Positions 1 through 15,000 of a DNA stretch of 64,000 nt are shown here, one piece after another. A model generated the notes under the pieces. That model had not been told where the DNA came from. It saw nothing but the letters and a program-made list of their open reading frames with translations, and did no database searches. Numbering within the stretch: position 1 is the stretch's first letter; each line of letters starts with the position of its first letter. Source of the stretch: Trichoplax sp. H2 (lineage: Eukaryota); contig NOWV01000013.1 of the NCBI GenBank assembly GCA_003344405.1, positions 434,001-498,000 on the forward strand, in the 5' to 3' direction. A program made the translations under genes and the position numbers.

Positions 1-1290
1 TACAGTAGTATGTTGTGGTGAGTGCTGAGAATTCTAATAATGAGTCTAACTACAGTATGCAGTATACTTGTATGCGCGTTCGTAATGTAGCACGCTCGAT
101 TGGTTAAAAAAGAAAAGCAACGTTGCTGTTAGAATATTGTTAGCTGCAGTGCTATGATTGCAATACACAGAGTATCCACTGTAAACGGTGTATAAATCGA
201 CCTCGATAGACTTGTCTAAAGTATGACTTAACTGGTGGATTGGCATCGACCTGAGTGCGTTGGACTAAAAATAAATAAGTCTTAGCCAGAGACTTTCTTT
301 TGAGGAGTGCGTATAATGTAGTACTGTATGACTCATAGCTAATTATTTTGATGAAATAGGGGAGCCAGCTACATATTCCTACTTATTCGTATATATATAT
401 ATACTATTAGTACGTAAGTGTTACCATTAGAGTCAAATCAATTGTTGAATATCCCTTTCAGTTAATTATTATAACAGTTTAAGCATAAATATCTGAATCG
501 GGCCTTTGTAGTGATCACTTTGCCAAGTTTGCAGCTTCTTTACATTCTTAAAAGACTGTTTTTCTTTCTACAGTACACTGGTATTTATTCGCCCTCAGAG
601 ATGACAAGCGCATCTCTTAAATCTATGATTGCTATGAACTCTTTGATGTACATTTTGTGATTTAGCTTGCTATTTACTGTAATGGTATCGTCAATAGACG
701 CCTGAGAATTGAATTTCATTAATTATAGATATTAAATCTTTCCATTTTTCATGAAGTACTTTTGGGCGGGATATTCAATCCTGTACACTACTATTAGTAT
801 AAAGCTGAATACAGCCTAGAAACTTTCCATCTATTACAGTAATATGTCTAATATTGATGTACAGTACTGTACTGTATACTCATTTGTAAATGCTGTATTA
901 AAAGACTTCATACATGTAAATGGCAGGAATAACTCTCATCGAGGTCCTTACAGTTTCTTATGTCTTTTGAGACATAGAAATCCAAATCACATGCTGTCAC
1001 TGCTGTACGTACTGCATTCAATTCTTGCTCTCTATTATACAGTAGTACTGCACATGCACCGTACATTTACAATTTTCAAGCTTATTCATCCTAAATTTGT
1101 TTTAAATTAGAGAAGTAAGGGCGGTAGAACAGTATTTTTATTTCTTAGCTTATCATTTTTTTTCATTAAATTGTATGGGAACTATAGAATACAATTTATT
1201 CGCTAGATGAACTCATCAAGTCGCGATACTATGCTGTAGTTCAAACTTTTTTAAAGGGAAAGGAAATATTGAGACCAAAAGAATTTTTTT

Positions 1291-1480
1291 GGGGGGGGGG
1301 GATACTTGACACGTCACCAACTGAGGATGGCGTGTAATTTCTATCTCTGCGCACGCGTATTCGGTGACTCACCATACAGTATTGTACTGTACTGTACTGT
1401 ATTATCTCATTTCGACGCACAGCACTGTACAGTGTACAGTGTACAGTATATATACTGTACTGTACTGTAATTGTAATAAT
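1291..1480 (+). promoter_or_regulatory. Probable promoter of the CREB3-like gene
   Basis: G11 tract, TGACACGTCA (CRE/UPRE-like, 1307-1316), GATGGCG (YY1-like), TGCGCACGCG (NRF1-like), TGACTC, then CAGTA/TACTG pentamer clusters. Locally CpG-rich. Confidence 0.5.
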
Positions 1481-2225
1481 CAGACTGTAGAAACTCTGGT
1501 GCAGACGGGTTAAGACAATCAAACACCTGTCTACTCGTTGCTACTGTTATACTGTACAGTACATTGCAATTCTTAAACAAAGCAGGTACAGTATAGTACT
1601 GCATGTGAGCAAGTTTATACTGGCGTTTCTTCATCTACACCAGTATGTGCTTGTATAAATTCAAACTTGATAATTGAAAACGAATTGAACATTTTTTGTA
1701 AACAAATTTTCGATTAACAGTAGTAGAAATCGAACTTGTTTACATTGTACTTTGGGCTAATGTGCAACCTAAAATCCTGTTTTACAAAATTTCAATTTCA
1801 ATTTTAAAGCTTTTTGCCAGCTCTGACAAACAATTGACTTGTCTAGCCATTAAATCAAATCGAGCTGAGATTCTATAATCCTATATTCTCAGGGTACGGT
1901 ATCGTAGCATCTTGTGCTACGATGCAAGATTTAATAACATTGCATATTGAATAACAACACGAACTGACAAAATTTGGTACAGATCAATGTAATTTGTTGC
2001 AATAAATCTCACTAAATACATCGAGGAAAATCATATACAAAATCTTATACTTACGGTAGACAGTACTGTGCGTACGTATGTATCAAGAATAATTGAATTA
2101 AACAGTGTTTCTAATATAAAATATATCGAATGGCCTATTTTCTGTTTCTCTTTAATTAGACAATGGCATCCATTTTGTAGCTGTCATAAAAAAGGATGTT
2201 GCTAATTTTTCTTTGCTTTACGTAG

Positions 2226-5014
2226 CCTTTGAGCGACAAGGATACCGGATTCCATTGGTTAGAAAATGGCTTCGATGAATCAATGTTACCAACCGAGAGC
2301 GATACAATAGATTTTGACGAAGTTACCTTAATGGACTGCATCCAATCAGAAAGAGAAACGAACTTTCAAATTTGTGACGAAGTTGAAGAAACTTCTAAGT
2401 AATTGACCATAATTTAATCATTATAAAATAAGGACTTGGTATCTTAACACTTGGCCAACCGATCAAATCAACATTAATTTTCTATAATTACTGACCTTCT
2501 AAATTCTACTTAAATATTTAACCTTGGAAACTTCAAATCTTTGTAGTAATTTTACAATAATTTGTACAATAGGAACTATATTCCTGAGATTATAGAGGAG
2601 GATACCGAGGCTGGAACCACTCCAACAGATCACGATTATTGTGTGAAAGAATATACCTATGCAACGACCAGTCCTTCTAGTGCAGAGCTAAGTCCCAAAA
2701 GCGATCGCTCTGTTAAACGACTATGTACTGGTTCCCCTTCAGAAAATGATACAGGTATGGAGAATAAAGATTCAGATGACAACATAATTAAAATTACAAA
2801 ATTTAGTAAAGCAATCTTTTATTTATTAGGCAATGTTACTGTATTAAAGTATCTGTTACACTTGTACTTGTAACAAGCATTAATTTCACTGCTATGTAAC
2901 CTGCTACTGATAGGATACTCTTCTGCTGCATATACGGAAACTAGTGAAAACGACATCCCAGTAAGCCCTTTAAGCGATGATAGCAAACCTCCGGTAAGGA
3001 GTTAAGAAATATAGTATATCATCCTATCAATGCATCGTTTGAGTTAAGCTCATGAATATAGCTGTATCTGAAAATAAATCTGGCCTTCTAGGACAATATT
3101 ACCGAAATCAAGAAATTGTTAAAATTGACAGATGAAGAGATCAAAATTTTTCAGACCGAAGGCCTGGTTATTCCTCAAAAATTGCCTTTGACAAAGGTTA
3201 TTTAAGTTTAACTCTTCCGTTATGATATTATAATCTACTATCTATAGCTATGTGACAAATTCTGTTGTTTATATCTCATCGATCATATTTATTTTGAAGA
3301 GTACTTTGTTCAATAAGTATGTTCTACTAATTAATTATTTCCCTCCATAGCTGAAGTTATTATAATTACTTTTGTCATTATTTACTTCAGACTGAGGAGC
3401 GTGCTTTAAAGAGGGTCAGAAGAAGAATAAAAAACAAGGTAACAGATTAACGTCATAACTTTTTCCACTATTGTTAGAGCGATTTCTTATTTGAGGAACT
3501 ATTCAAATTTCTAAGATCTCAGCCAAAGAGAGCAGACTTAGGAAAAAATGTCACATGGAAAATTTGGAAGCCAAGTAAGACTGCAATAAATTGCACATGA
3601 TTAGGCATTTTTTAGCCTAAAAAATATTCGTAATCGATTGAGATGTTCCAATGAACTGTTTAAACCCAAATATATGTTGCAAATTAGACTAGCAGATACC
3701 AATGCTGATATGGGCGACTTAAAGAGAAAAATTGATTGTTTAGAAGACGATAAAAAGTAAGTCTAAATATTCCATTTTATTTGCTGTAGAACTTTTCTTG
3801 TAACCATATCACTTCCTTCTTTTGCTGTAATTACAATGTGAAATTTATAATCGTGTTAAATATATGTATTTTACATTTGCATACTTATCACTTTCGCCAA
3901 GATGTAACAATAGTCAGATAGCATGATTGCAGTTTATCATAACGTTATTTTAATGCTTGCTTGAAATTTTTTATTAAAAAGATAGCTAGCTAGCCGTAGT
4001 AGTCCTTTATCTTCCTTTTCAAATCACCACTGCGTGTATACAGAACTAGTTCACGACTGATAGTTTACTCAAAACAGCAAAATCGCATCTAGATGATTTA
4101 GTCTATATGATGAGACGAGTGCACTATCCAGTAATAAAAGGAAACTCTTAAACTGCAATACATAGGTCTTTATCCGCGCAAGTTCTATACTGGAAAAACC
4201 TATTTTACGACAAATTCAATCAGCCTAAGCGCTCTGCTGCTACTCAAACCGGAACTGTTCTAATGGTAAGTTTATGAATTACCTTCTGTTGTAACTAATA
4301 CTTTATCAGCTATGTGGTACTTTAGACTGGGTTTTAGTGACAACTTGCTGTACATATAATCACGGCTTTGGGCATTTTCTCATTTTCTAAGTCTCTTATA
4401 ATATTGTATAAAATGTGTGAGGAAATTGCAACAATCGAAATATTTACATTGAGTAGTAGTATTCTTATTGCATGTCATCCAAACTGTTACAATTTGGATG
4501 TCAATGATGTCGAAACAGTTTTAAACTTTGGATAACAACTTTCTTACATGTATGTATGCAGGTTGTAGTTTTATGCTTTGCTCTCGCTGTTGGAAGTTGG
4601 TCACCATTTATGCATGTTGATCCAAGTAAAGATGGAGTACTACAGAAAATTCAAAATAAAACGAATATAAATATTTTGTCCGATGCACTCCAAGACACAA
4701 CATATGATACTCCTCCAGGTATCAACTCATTACTCTATTAGTCATGATTCGTAGTATTACTACGTATCGTTTTGGTTAATTTATTAAACTAATATAAATA
4801 ATGTCGAAAGCATCATTAATGATAAATTTTTGTTATGTTGCCTGCGTTATATTGGACATGCACCAAAATCGCAGTTCGTAGCCGCGTCCTGCTAGGTCTC
4901 ATGGAAGGTGAAGATAGCGGTTTGCTCTTTACGGCATCAAATGAATCGACCAAAGTTTCGTTGGATCCCGATAAATATGATATCAAGATCAACGAAACTG
5001 AATTACGAAGATGA
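2226..5014 (+). CDS. CREB3L1/2-like: CREB3/OASIS-family (CREB3L1/CREB3L2-like) ER membrane-bound bZIP transcription factor; start codon uncertain (ATG 2163 via a short intron, or ATG 2283)
   Basis: Phase-compatible GT-AG exons: 2226-2398, 2573-2754, 2914-2993, 3092-3196, 3391-3438, 3516-3574, 3688-3756, 4166-4265, 4562-4718, 4875-5014 (TGA). The translation has a DHDY HCF-binding-type motif, the adjacent-to-bZIP segment LTDEEIKIFQTEGLVIPQKLPLTKTEERALK, the basic region KRVRRRIKNKISAKESR, a TM segment ATQTGTVLMVVVLCFALAVGSWSP, a luminal site-1-protease-type motif RSRVLL and N-glycosylation sequons NES/NET. Confidence 0.9.
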
Positions 5015-8000
5015 TGTCAACGATACTATATTCACTTTCATAAATTGCTATTATCCTGTCTTCTGTCTCTATAAAGCTACTCTTGACCATAGAGTCAGTT
5101 CGATATCAGTTGTACTTTGATGGTTTTCATATTTCGTCTTCAAATACAGTACTGCGTCACTGTATTATATCACATCTGTCTACCAAGCGGAGCAGTAAAG
5201 TATATCGTCGCATAATTAATGGAAATCTGCGGTAAATAGATTATAAATAGGATATAATAAAAACCAACGCATTGATGGCTTTGATATCCTTAGCTGTCGC
5301 GGTTTGTGCTTTATGAAACAACCTGACATTGTGTAAGTCTGCAGATTAGGTATAACAACATGTAATTATGATATATGGCTATCAATGTATAATTTAGTTC
5401 AGTAAAAATTCACTACAGCGTTTGTAAGTTCTCATGTGTACTCAAATATTGATTTTAGTATCTTTGATTAACCACCTGTTATATTGCTATTGTAAATGAT
5501 CACGATCATGAACATGATACCTGATAATTATATAATAGTAATCATACATATAGACCATTCCTATCTGATACTGATACTTTTACAGACGTTGGAAAATCAG
5601 TACCTTGCCTTGCGCTCAGTTGTGAATATATCTCGGCTATAAGATTGTAAATATATAGTATAACCCGAAGTGATAAACACTAAAATTTTGTCGGTTTACA
5701 CTGTAGAGGTTATTGATAAGTAAGAACTCCCTAAATTCTAATATATCTGTATTAAATGAAGAATCTAATTAATAAAACGGAGCCATCCTTGATTTTAACC
5801 AACTGTTTCTTAATTAACTTTGAGACAACTGAACTATAGTCATCACATGCCATAGACATGGCAATGCACAGCAATACTTTAGACCATCTTCAGTACTATA
5901 AAAACGCCTCCGATTATAATTATAATAATAAACTACTAAAAATGTAAAGATCTAATTCACGCTATGATCAAGGTTTTTTGGATAAGGTTGTATCCATCAT
6001 CAGTTCTATTTTTGTGACCTCATTGACGCATTACAGTACTTGCTAGGTAACGTTGTTAAAGTGATCAAGCTTCTTTGAGTAAAACCGCGAGAAAGTGCAT
6101 ATAAATACCACGCGAATATATACAGTAAGTTAAAACTCCTGGTATAAATTTAAGATAAACGACGTTTGGAGAATATTATTATGCTTTATGTGTAAATATG
6201 AATTTCGAATTTGTAGTAGTACAGTATCCATAGTATGCGCGTATGGTATGCGAAGTTTATACGCGTAAGTTATCATTTCGGAACTGAAAATATAAGATGT
6301 CGACTAAATCTTATCAGTTGGACAGCAAATACGCTTATGTATTCCTCTATCAGACTTTATATTTGTACCCATAGCTAGCGAACTTGGATTAATTCTCCTT
6401 CGTATTAATTCGTACAATAAATTATAATTCTTATATCAGGTTATATGTTGTTTTCTGATATAAATCCGAGCCTATAAAATAAAATAATAACTAGTAACGT
6501 ATTAGTAGATACCGTGTCGGATAGTGATAAAGCTGTATACAACAATAACTGGATGAGGTAGCTATGCTTAGCAATAGTAAATACTGTATTAGTTAATTGT
6601 ATATTATTTACCTAAGTAATAAAATTATATTGTAAGTTGATAAGCAGTGATTATTGAATGCTGTGTATAGCTGGCGCCTATTTAACCCTTGATTTCAGTA
6701 ATATTTAACCAAAACCATAGCAACAGCACGTGTAATTAATTGGTATGACAGTATGGTGTCTATACTGAATAAATAGGGTTATTTGCCAAGTAACTTTATA
6801 TAGTTTTATTTGTTGACTCAAGTAAGAACACCAATTAATTACAATGCCATTACATTGGTACGATGTAATCATTAATTTAATATGGTTTGCTCATGAAATA
6901 GTACCTTGACCATGACCGTACATCATTTTCATAATTAGTAAAATCGATTTTAATATTGGATTATTGCCATATTTATTTATTGGAATTTTAGACAAAGCAG
7001 TATGCAGTATGTTAAATAGATAAATATTGTTGTGTAGTCATTACAATAGCATATAATATATTATTAATTACTCTTATAGATAATAATCGAAGATATAAAA
7101 CAATGAAAGCATGAATGCAATATTTTGTACAAAGATTGTGCCCAGCTACCTGAAGGCTTATCCATGCACAGTATACGCTAATTCAGTACGACCCAAAAGA
7201 GGCTAGTTAGGCTAACTCAGTTATGTATCTCATTCTTTCATGCTGCACAATTAGGGTGGCCAGCAATCTGCATATTCTATTGCACAACGTGAGAACTCTG
7301 ACATTAGTTCATCACCAATATAATTACACTTGAGGGAAAAGTAAAACAAGCATGGATACGTTACAATATGCTGATTGATTTTACGAGATGAAATACTACA
7401 GAACTTTGATGAATATATTATCCGTTATAACTATTTATTGATAAGAATTTTTATACCGATTTTGTTATCAGCAATATTATAATAAGTAACTTTTTGTCCT
7501 ATGAGATACTCGTATAAATGTGTTGCACATTTCTGTGATTGCTCTCAAAGTAACACAATTACATGATCAGTGATTAGTGAACTTCTGCAGAAATTATTGT
7601 GACGCAATCGCAAGAGTGATATACTACTGTATAGACTACTAAACTGCATTGATCATCAATATCAAATATGGATTGTTAATTCAATTTAAATTAATACTAA
7701 ATTAGATGATGCATGTAAATCAGAGACATGAACATTACAAAATGACACAACTTCCAAGGCGGCTATAATCTGAAAATTGCGATTAAGTTATAATTTCATG
7801 AAGTATATATATACAGTACTTATTAGCCGAAATTTGTTATACGTTGGCACCCATACACTCAATTTTTTACTGATTAATTAGTGAGAGCTAGAGATTTTTT
7901 AAAGATTTGTTTGTAGCTGCAATGAATTTTCTTGTACTCTTTATTACTTAGTTGCGAAATATTTTCCAGTGTTATAGCAGCTAACTTAATCAAAGGTGAA

Positions 8001-11000
8001 AGAGGAGTTTAGTATTCCCTAACATCCGCTTAAATATTTATTCAGCCTCACAGCAGGAGCTAAGTGGAGACGGTAAGACACCATTTAAACTTGTACACTG
8101 TATACCATTATAGAGTATGCATAAAGTAAGATGTTGTATCACCTCGTTAAAAAAACTTGAAAGGCAGAAGTAAGAATTTTAAGAAAGTAAAATTAAAAAC
8201 TTTTAAAATCACGGCTTACGAGATCTTATTCGTTACTGATATCTTAGGATGAGTATTGTAAACTCTAATAAGCAATATCTCAACTGAGATCCCATTAGTA
8301 AACTAGAAGTGCAATAAAAATTTTATGCTATTGCGTATAAAGCGATTGAATGACCAGTTGACCACGCTTTTGAAAATTGACTTCCTATTGACAAATACTT
8401 AGTTCAGTATATCAAAAGTCAACAACATATTGATCGCACTTCGAGCTATTCTTACACTACAAATATTTTGCTATTATAGGCTATAAATATATAATATATA
8501 TATATATATTCTACCGATGCTGACAGAATCTCTAATTAAAAATTAGAAATTTTAGTGCTTTATATAGGAACACTACAGCAGTCAAGGTTAAGAGATACCA
8601 GCATGCAGGACTGTATAAGTGTATGGGTATATCGACTTATTACGATTAAAGTATTTAGTCGTAGAAAGTCGTAAGCGTAGTTAACAATATGTTTCCGAAT
8701 TAGATTATGCAAGCGTAGCATCAGTCAAGGTTATGCAGTATAGTTTCGGAATACTGTAGATCTGTAGCTGCATTACAGCTATTATCATGTCATTTGTATG
8801 ATCGACACCTTCAAATTGATCAGGCAGACAGCGGCCCAATTAATTCATTTTTTTTATTACAGAAAGTAACCAGTTTTGTACGTGAGACGTAAGTATGCTA
8901 ATGGCTAAGCTCAAAGGCCAAGTACTGTTTAGAGCGAAACAGTATTCTAAATAAATACGGGTGCAATTCATTTGCAATCGACTAATTAGTTGATACATCT
9001 ATATCATCCTGAAAGCATCTAATGCTGCTCATACTGATACTGTATAATGATATATGAAATTTAAATAAATAATTTATAATTATAGGAGCATACGTGTATG
9101 GAAATTGAAGGTAAACAAATTCAAGTTACTATTTGATCACAAGGTTTGTTATTAACAAGTCACTGACGCCTATATATCATCAGTACAAAAATTAAGGGGC
9201 ATCATTAATGCATAGCTCTCATTCATGCACTACTAAATTATATTGTAGTATGATCACGTAACAGTGCTGTAATGCATATTCATAACGCAAGGAGTGCACT
9301 TACATAGCAAGTAAATGTCATTACTGCACTCCCATTGCCGTTTGATGGTGGTGCGATCTATGGTTATTGTCATTACACAATACGATAAATCTTTGAAGTC
9401 TTTTAATGTACAATGCAAGTGATACTTGCTATTTTATAAAATTATTTCATATTGTATAATTCGGAGGCATAAAAGCACCATAACCCTGAGACCTCGTTAG
9501 TTGTTACTTAGGATTCCAATACACTACTTTTTTTAACACGTAGTCCTGATACCATAAACTGGCGGATTACAAATCACATGCTGGGTAATACTGTATGCAT
9601 CCAGTACGTGCAGTAAAGTAAAAGTACATGGAAATGAGCCGCTACTGTATGTACATTGTATGCTGTCGTAGCGATATCATCAACAACATTCGTTTACCTA
9701 TCAATGGAATTAACTAATGATTAGAAATGTCTGGTGATAATTAATATCGTCGGTTTGGTCGCCACTTTGATACGGATAATAACTGTCTCGCCACTGATTA
9801 GTTACTGATGATAACTACGGTAGGCGATGATGATAATAATTATTATTATAATGCATATAATAATTTTTATCTAAATGAAGAGAATTTTATTACTGCGATG
9901 GTCTTTGATCACTTGCAAAGTCGAACACTACTGTGCACTGTGCAGGGTGCAGCAAGTCCGTCTTATGTATTATTTATTTTTTATCTTATGTCTTAAAGTC
10001 ATGACTAGTGGTGATACTGTTCTGGTAAAATGGGAAGACCTCTTAGTTTGTTAACCCTTCCGATCTTGTCTATTTATTAACTTGACATTTGACATTTTAT
10101 TTACATTGATTGACGTATTAATAGCCAAAAATGCTGGATTTCAGCCAATCATCATTAAAGTGACGTTAGCTGAATCGAGGGTTTGGTTTACTGCAATGAT
10201 GGTATTTTGCAAAGTACAGTACAGTACTGTACAGTATAGCTCACGTGAGACTACTGTACTGTATGATGTACATAATTCCTTAGAGACTAAAACTAAGGGT
10301 CTCTAAAATGTACATCATACTGGGTAAGTTAGCACTCCATGTTTTTTTCTGAACCCTATGACCGCACCATATTAGATATGATGAGTATGATACAATCCTC
10401 AATCAATTAATTATTTATTCATCATTATTATTTATTATAATGCAAGAAAAAAGATTTGCCTCTAGCAGACCGGCATTATTACAGTAAACTATATGGTGCA
10501 GGCAAATATAGCATTAAGAATTTATTTATGTACAGTACAGTATTTATTCAAGTCAGTAATTGAGAAGAAAAAACGGCATACCACAATTTGTACAATACGT
10601 TTCGAACTTCTGCCTTAAAATACGCTGCGGTATACAGGCACTTGACCATATTGTAGCAAGCGATGTAAAAGGGTCAAATAGCTCCAATTTCCTATCATCA
10701 TGTAATTTCCCCTAACTACGGATACTCACTGCTGTTCTGATTCAGATTGCTGCAGTTACTAATGCATACAGCATATAGTACAGTAGGATTTGTTCAATTC
10801 TCTTCTATTCTATTCGAAGAAGTTGCTGATTATTCTTCTGCCAGACTTGAGAATTTTAATTAATTAATTTACTTGTTTGTGACATTACAGCAAATAATAA
10901 TAACAAGTAAGTAGTGACTGCGTTATAATATTATGTACACATCCATATGATTCATTGTATGGCATGCATAATGCCTTTTAGGTACAGCATCAGTGCTAGA

Positions 11001-12076
11001 ATGACGGTAGTCAGTTTAGTTGCCATTGCTACTGACTCACTGTATTTGTACAGCATTATTGAGCTAGTAGAGCTATAGTATTGTACCCAACTTTATTGTA
11101 ATTATTATTGCCAAGGACCACCTCTTTTCCATTCTTCATTTTATTTTTGTTAATATTGTAAATCATTACATGCGAACAAAAGTTGCATGAATGAATGCAA
11201 TGGGAAGGAAAATAACACAACACCCATTTACGGTACTGTACCAATGTTAGTGCTAAGTAGTTTTGCAGTCAGTACCGTATCTAAAATGGTGGGCAGCATG
11301 AAGAAATGTAACAAGGTTGCAGGGGTTGAGGTAAGCTCTATTGTATTGAATAATTGCATTGCATTTTTGGGCATTGAAATAGTGTACGCATGCATTGCGA
11401 TATGCATTAAGGCAGGGGGGTGTCAAATCATATTATTATCGACTTATCATGTGTACTGTACAGCGGCGATAAATACATACATTAATAATTAGAATAATTT
11501 AGAATAAAAATTTTTGTTCTCGATCGATACAGTACCAGTAGCAACAGCAATCCGACAAGAAAGGACGTTGGTTGTTAACGACTATCGGTGTGAAGAGGAA
11601 TAGATAGTGGTCGATTGTACAACAACTTTTCCATCCATTTGTTCCACATTATCTAGTGGTAGTCATCCCGCTAAAAAGACAACGTTTGAACTGTTTGGTT
11701 ACCGGTACTATCGTTGCTTCTATTCATTTATCCTAGATGTTATCACTCTCGATTGAGAAATTGTCAAATTAGCTGCTGCATGCGTGATTGTTCCTTTTAT
11801 ATCCAAGTACTTGAGCTGATAGGCGTGTAGGTGTAGATTCTACAGCATTTTCACTAAAGTAATCACCGAAGGCATCAATATTGTGACCTTCTATTGCGTT
11901 GAGGCATCGATCGACATTACTGCAACCTCGCAACGGTACAATATTGGCTAATATCAAATAATTTCAACATCTTACTCTACGCTAGACGATTAGTTCATTT
12001 TCAAAGAAGGACAATAAACAGATAAACTAGTCTCCAAATTGACGTTTTTCAATCAATCAAGCCGCAACGAAAAAAG

Positions 12077-15000
12077 ATGGATTTATTGTGCAGTGAGGGT
12101 TTCGAAAAGCAAGCTTATAAAGATCCTGTATTGCAAAAAGAACGTGTTTTACAGAATTTGCTCAAGCTAGAAGAAAATTACCTTCCTAATCGTGACTACT
12201 TCACGAACGTCCAACGTGAAATTAAACCTTTTATGCGATGCATGGTCACTAATTGGATGTTGGACGTAAGTAAATCTGGCTGAAAAATGTTATTTATTAA
12301 TACAGTATCTAGTTCATATTTTAATCGTAGTTTGTCGAAATGGAGTGAAAGCATTATCAGCATCATAAGTGATTATATTATATATTGGTAAGACTTTCCA
12401 TGAAAGGCCGAGCACAGCAGCAGTTTTTCATGCAGCTTTAGATTTGCACGTGTAGAATGTACATATATACTGTAATTATTTTACAACTACCTGTACGATT
12501 CATGGATTACTGCCACTCGATGCTATAGTTTCATAAATTCTCTACATAACGATAGTTTTTTAGGATAAATTGCATATAAAAATTTTATTATTTGCCCGGT
12601 GCATTTCACCTCATGTAGTGGCATTCTCTCCTCGATGCAGCAGCAGAAGCAGCATATTCGAATTCTTATACTGCACTGCATACCTTATCAAATCTTACAT
12701 TTGCACACACTACTCTAGTACCCATTCAGTCAACCGCCTTTTTGGAGAATGATAAGAATTATATCGTTAGATAATGGTATTAATTTTATAGATATGCGTA
12801 GATACCGTACATGTATAGACTTTAATGGTATTAAACGGTACAGTACAAACTGTTATCCGATAATAAAAGGTCTAAATTTAATGGCTGTTGAATTAAATTT
12901 TTTACTAGGTATGTCATGGAGAAAATTGTAACGATAAAGTCTTTCCATTGGCCGTTAATTATTTAGATAGATTTTTATCTATGGTTAGTATCCGTAAAAT
13001 TCGACTGCAATTGGTGGGCAGTGTTTGCTTATTCTTAGCTAGCAAGTTAAAAGATCGTATCCCATTAACTGCTGAAAAATTATGCTCCTGGACCGATTAT
13101 TCAGTTACTTGCCAAGAATTATTGGTAAGTTTTCAAGTATTGTATCGCTACACTTATTTCGATCTGTGTCGGTTGCACTTGCCTACGGTAATAGATTATA
13201 CTTCACAAGTTTTCTTTTTTACCGCATTTTTTATTTCAATATATCATACTGTATCTACCCTATTGATAGTGGTTATTTTTTGTCCTGTATTGAAACACAT
13301 TGACATTGTACGACACAGCTTTTATAAGTGTAGAAATGAGTCATTCTCACACACGTTAACATATATATACAGTATCTATATATAGAGATTAAATTGCTAC
13401 AGTACAATGTATATAGATCCTCGACTATAGAACCATTTCGACAGGCATAGAAACCTTCAACAATTTGACATCCTCGTGTTGCCTGTTGCTATATTTTGCT
13501 TAGAAACGGAAAGCAATTTTTACTAAATCACTACAGCTTTTGAAAGTTTCTCATTTAACGATGAGTAGCATATAATACTTTCGATACAGCTTTCTACTGT
13601 ACTGTAATTAAACTAAATGGTGTTTCACACAATGATGCAGTATATAAAGTCCGTGATTTCGCCATTGAAAGTACATTGAACACTTGATATGATATTAGCA
13701 ACCTACTTCAAGTCATCGCTCCTGAAAGATATTTACTACGAGTTACCATAAATGATATTAAACTGCAATATATGCGTAGATTATGCACTCAATGTAAAAA
13801 ATGTAATCTACAAATGCTTCGAAACCAATGAGGTTGACGGACATAATTGAAGTATTTCGTCACTGTAAACGATGAAATTTAATTACCTATACTGTAATAT
13901 GTATTATTGCTCATCTCTGACCAGAATATATCGTACTACTGTACTTATTTATTTAAAATCCTCTTTAATTAAACGCTTTAAGTGATATTATTATATTGCG
14001 GTTTTTCGTCGATCTAATTTCGAAGAGAAGTCTTACTAAATCGACAGTAGATCTTATTTGACAATCACGATGTCACTTTTTATACATAAAGAGTGGCAAG
14101 ATCTCAAGAATAGCTTTTCTTCTTTGCTCTATTTTTGTTTTAACACAAGTGATTAGTTTCTGATTCTTTGTTTTTGATTATCATTTGTATGCAATCAGTA
14201 AATAAAAAGTTTCCATCACCATACTGTACGTATATGTATATATATAACATTATACTGTAGACATCATATTACACCCGTGATTATTCTGTCAATTTTACCA
14301 TATTAAACCGTATATAATTGTTGAAATCTGCTAAAACGAAAAATCGAAAATATTTAGACCTGCAATCATGCACAATTTAGGATCACTAATATAGCGCGGC
14401 ATCATATCTTGTGATATTGAAATTATTGAATAGAATTTGCTCATGTGTTACTGTACCATAGTTCAAAACTTTAATGATACATTAATACACCCAATTTTTT
14501 TTTGTCTACAAATCGGAGATATGGCAAATTGTTATTTACTGCAATTAGTATAAAATTTATGTCATATCGATAACGCATTGTTCCTCCGCGCATAAATTGC
14601 AGTAAGTATGCATACTCTTGTTTTATTTGTAGCGCTGATCTATTTTATGTATTATCCTTTCCTATTCTATTTTTTTCTCAATCCGTACACAATCGCTTGT
14701 GCCTCATTAAACGTAGCCGTCTTTGTGTCCAGAATAATGCTGAAGTATACATTATAATTATTTATATTTGTTGTCTTTGCTCCCGGCGCTGCCTTAAAGA
14801 ATGTAAAATAAAATGCCACTGCAAATAAGGATCTATACCTATAATCGTTCATAAATTTATCCAGTCGTCAACATAGTAACGTCAACCCAAAGAGGTTTTA
14901 AGTTTTTACATTTCTGTAATACTGCTATCGATAATAATTTAGATATTTACAAACATAATACACTTTGCTAAGTGCTTGATCACGGACTCGTAAAATTTTA

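Noticed and set aside
46-1634. Short ORFs at the window start, like most other 60-100 aa ORFs in the track
   Set aside because: No recognisable motifs; they are intron read-throughs, antisense shadows of real exons or products of pentamer repeats.
1899-1930. Short hairpin ATCGTAGCA-TCTTG-TGCTACGAT (similar one at 54171-54200)
   Set aside because: Too short to distinguish from chance and matches no RNA family I recognise.
5843-5863. Second p53-like site TCACATGCCA-T-AGACATGGCA
   Set aside because: Too many flank mismatches and no promoter context.
5279-12010. Several TCF/LEF sites (CTTTGWW) upstream of cyclin D
   Set aside because: The number seen (about 7) is about what chance gives in 7 kb at this AT content.
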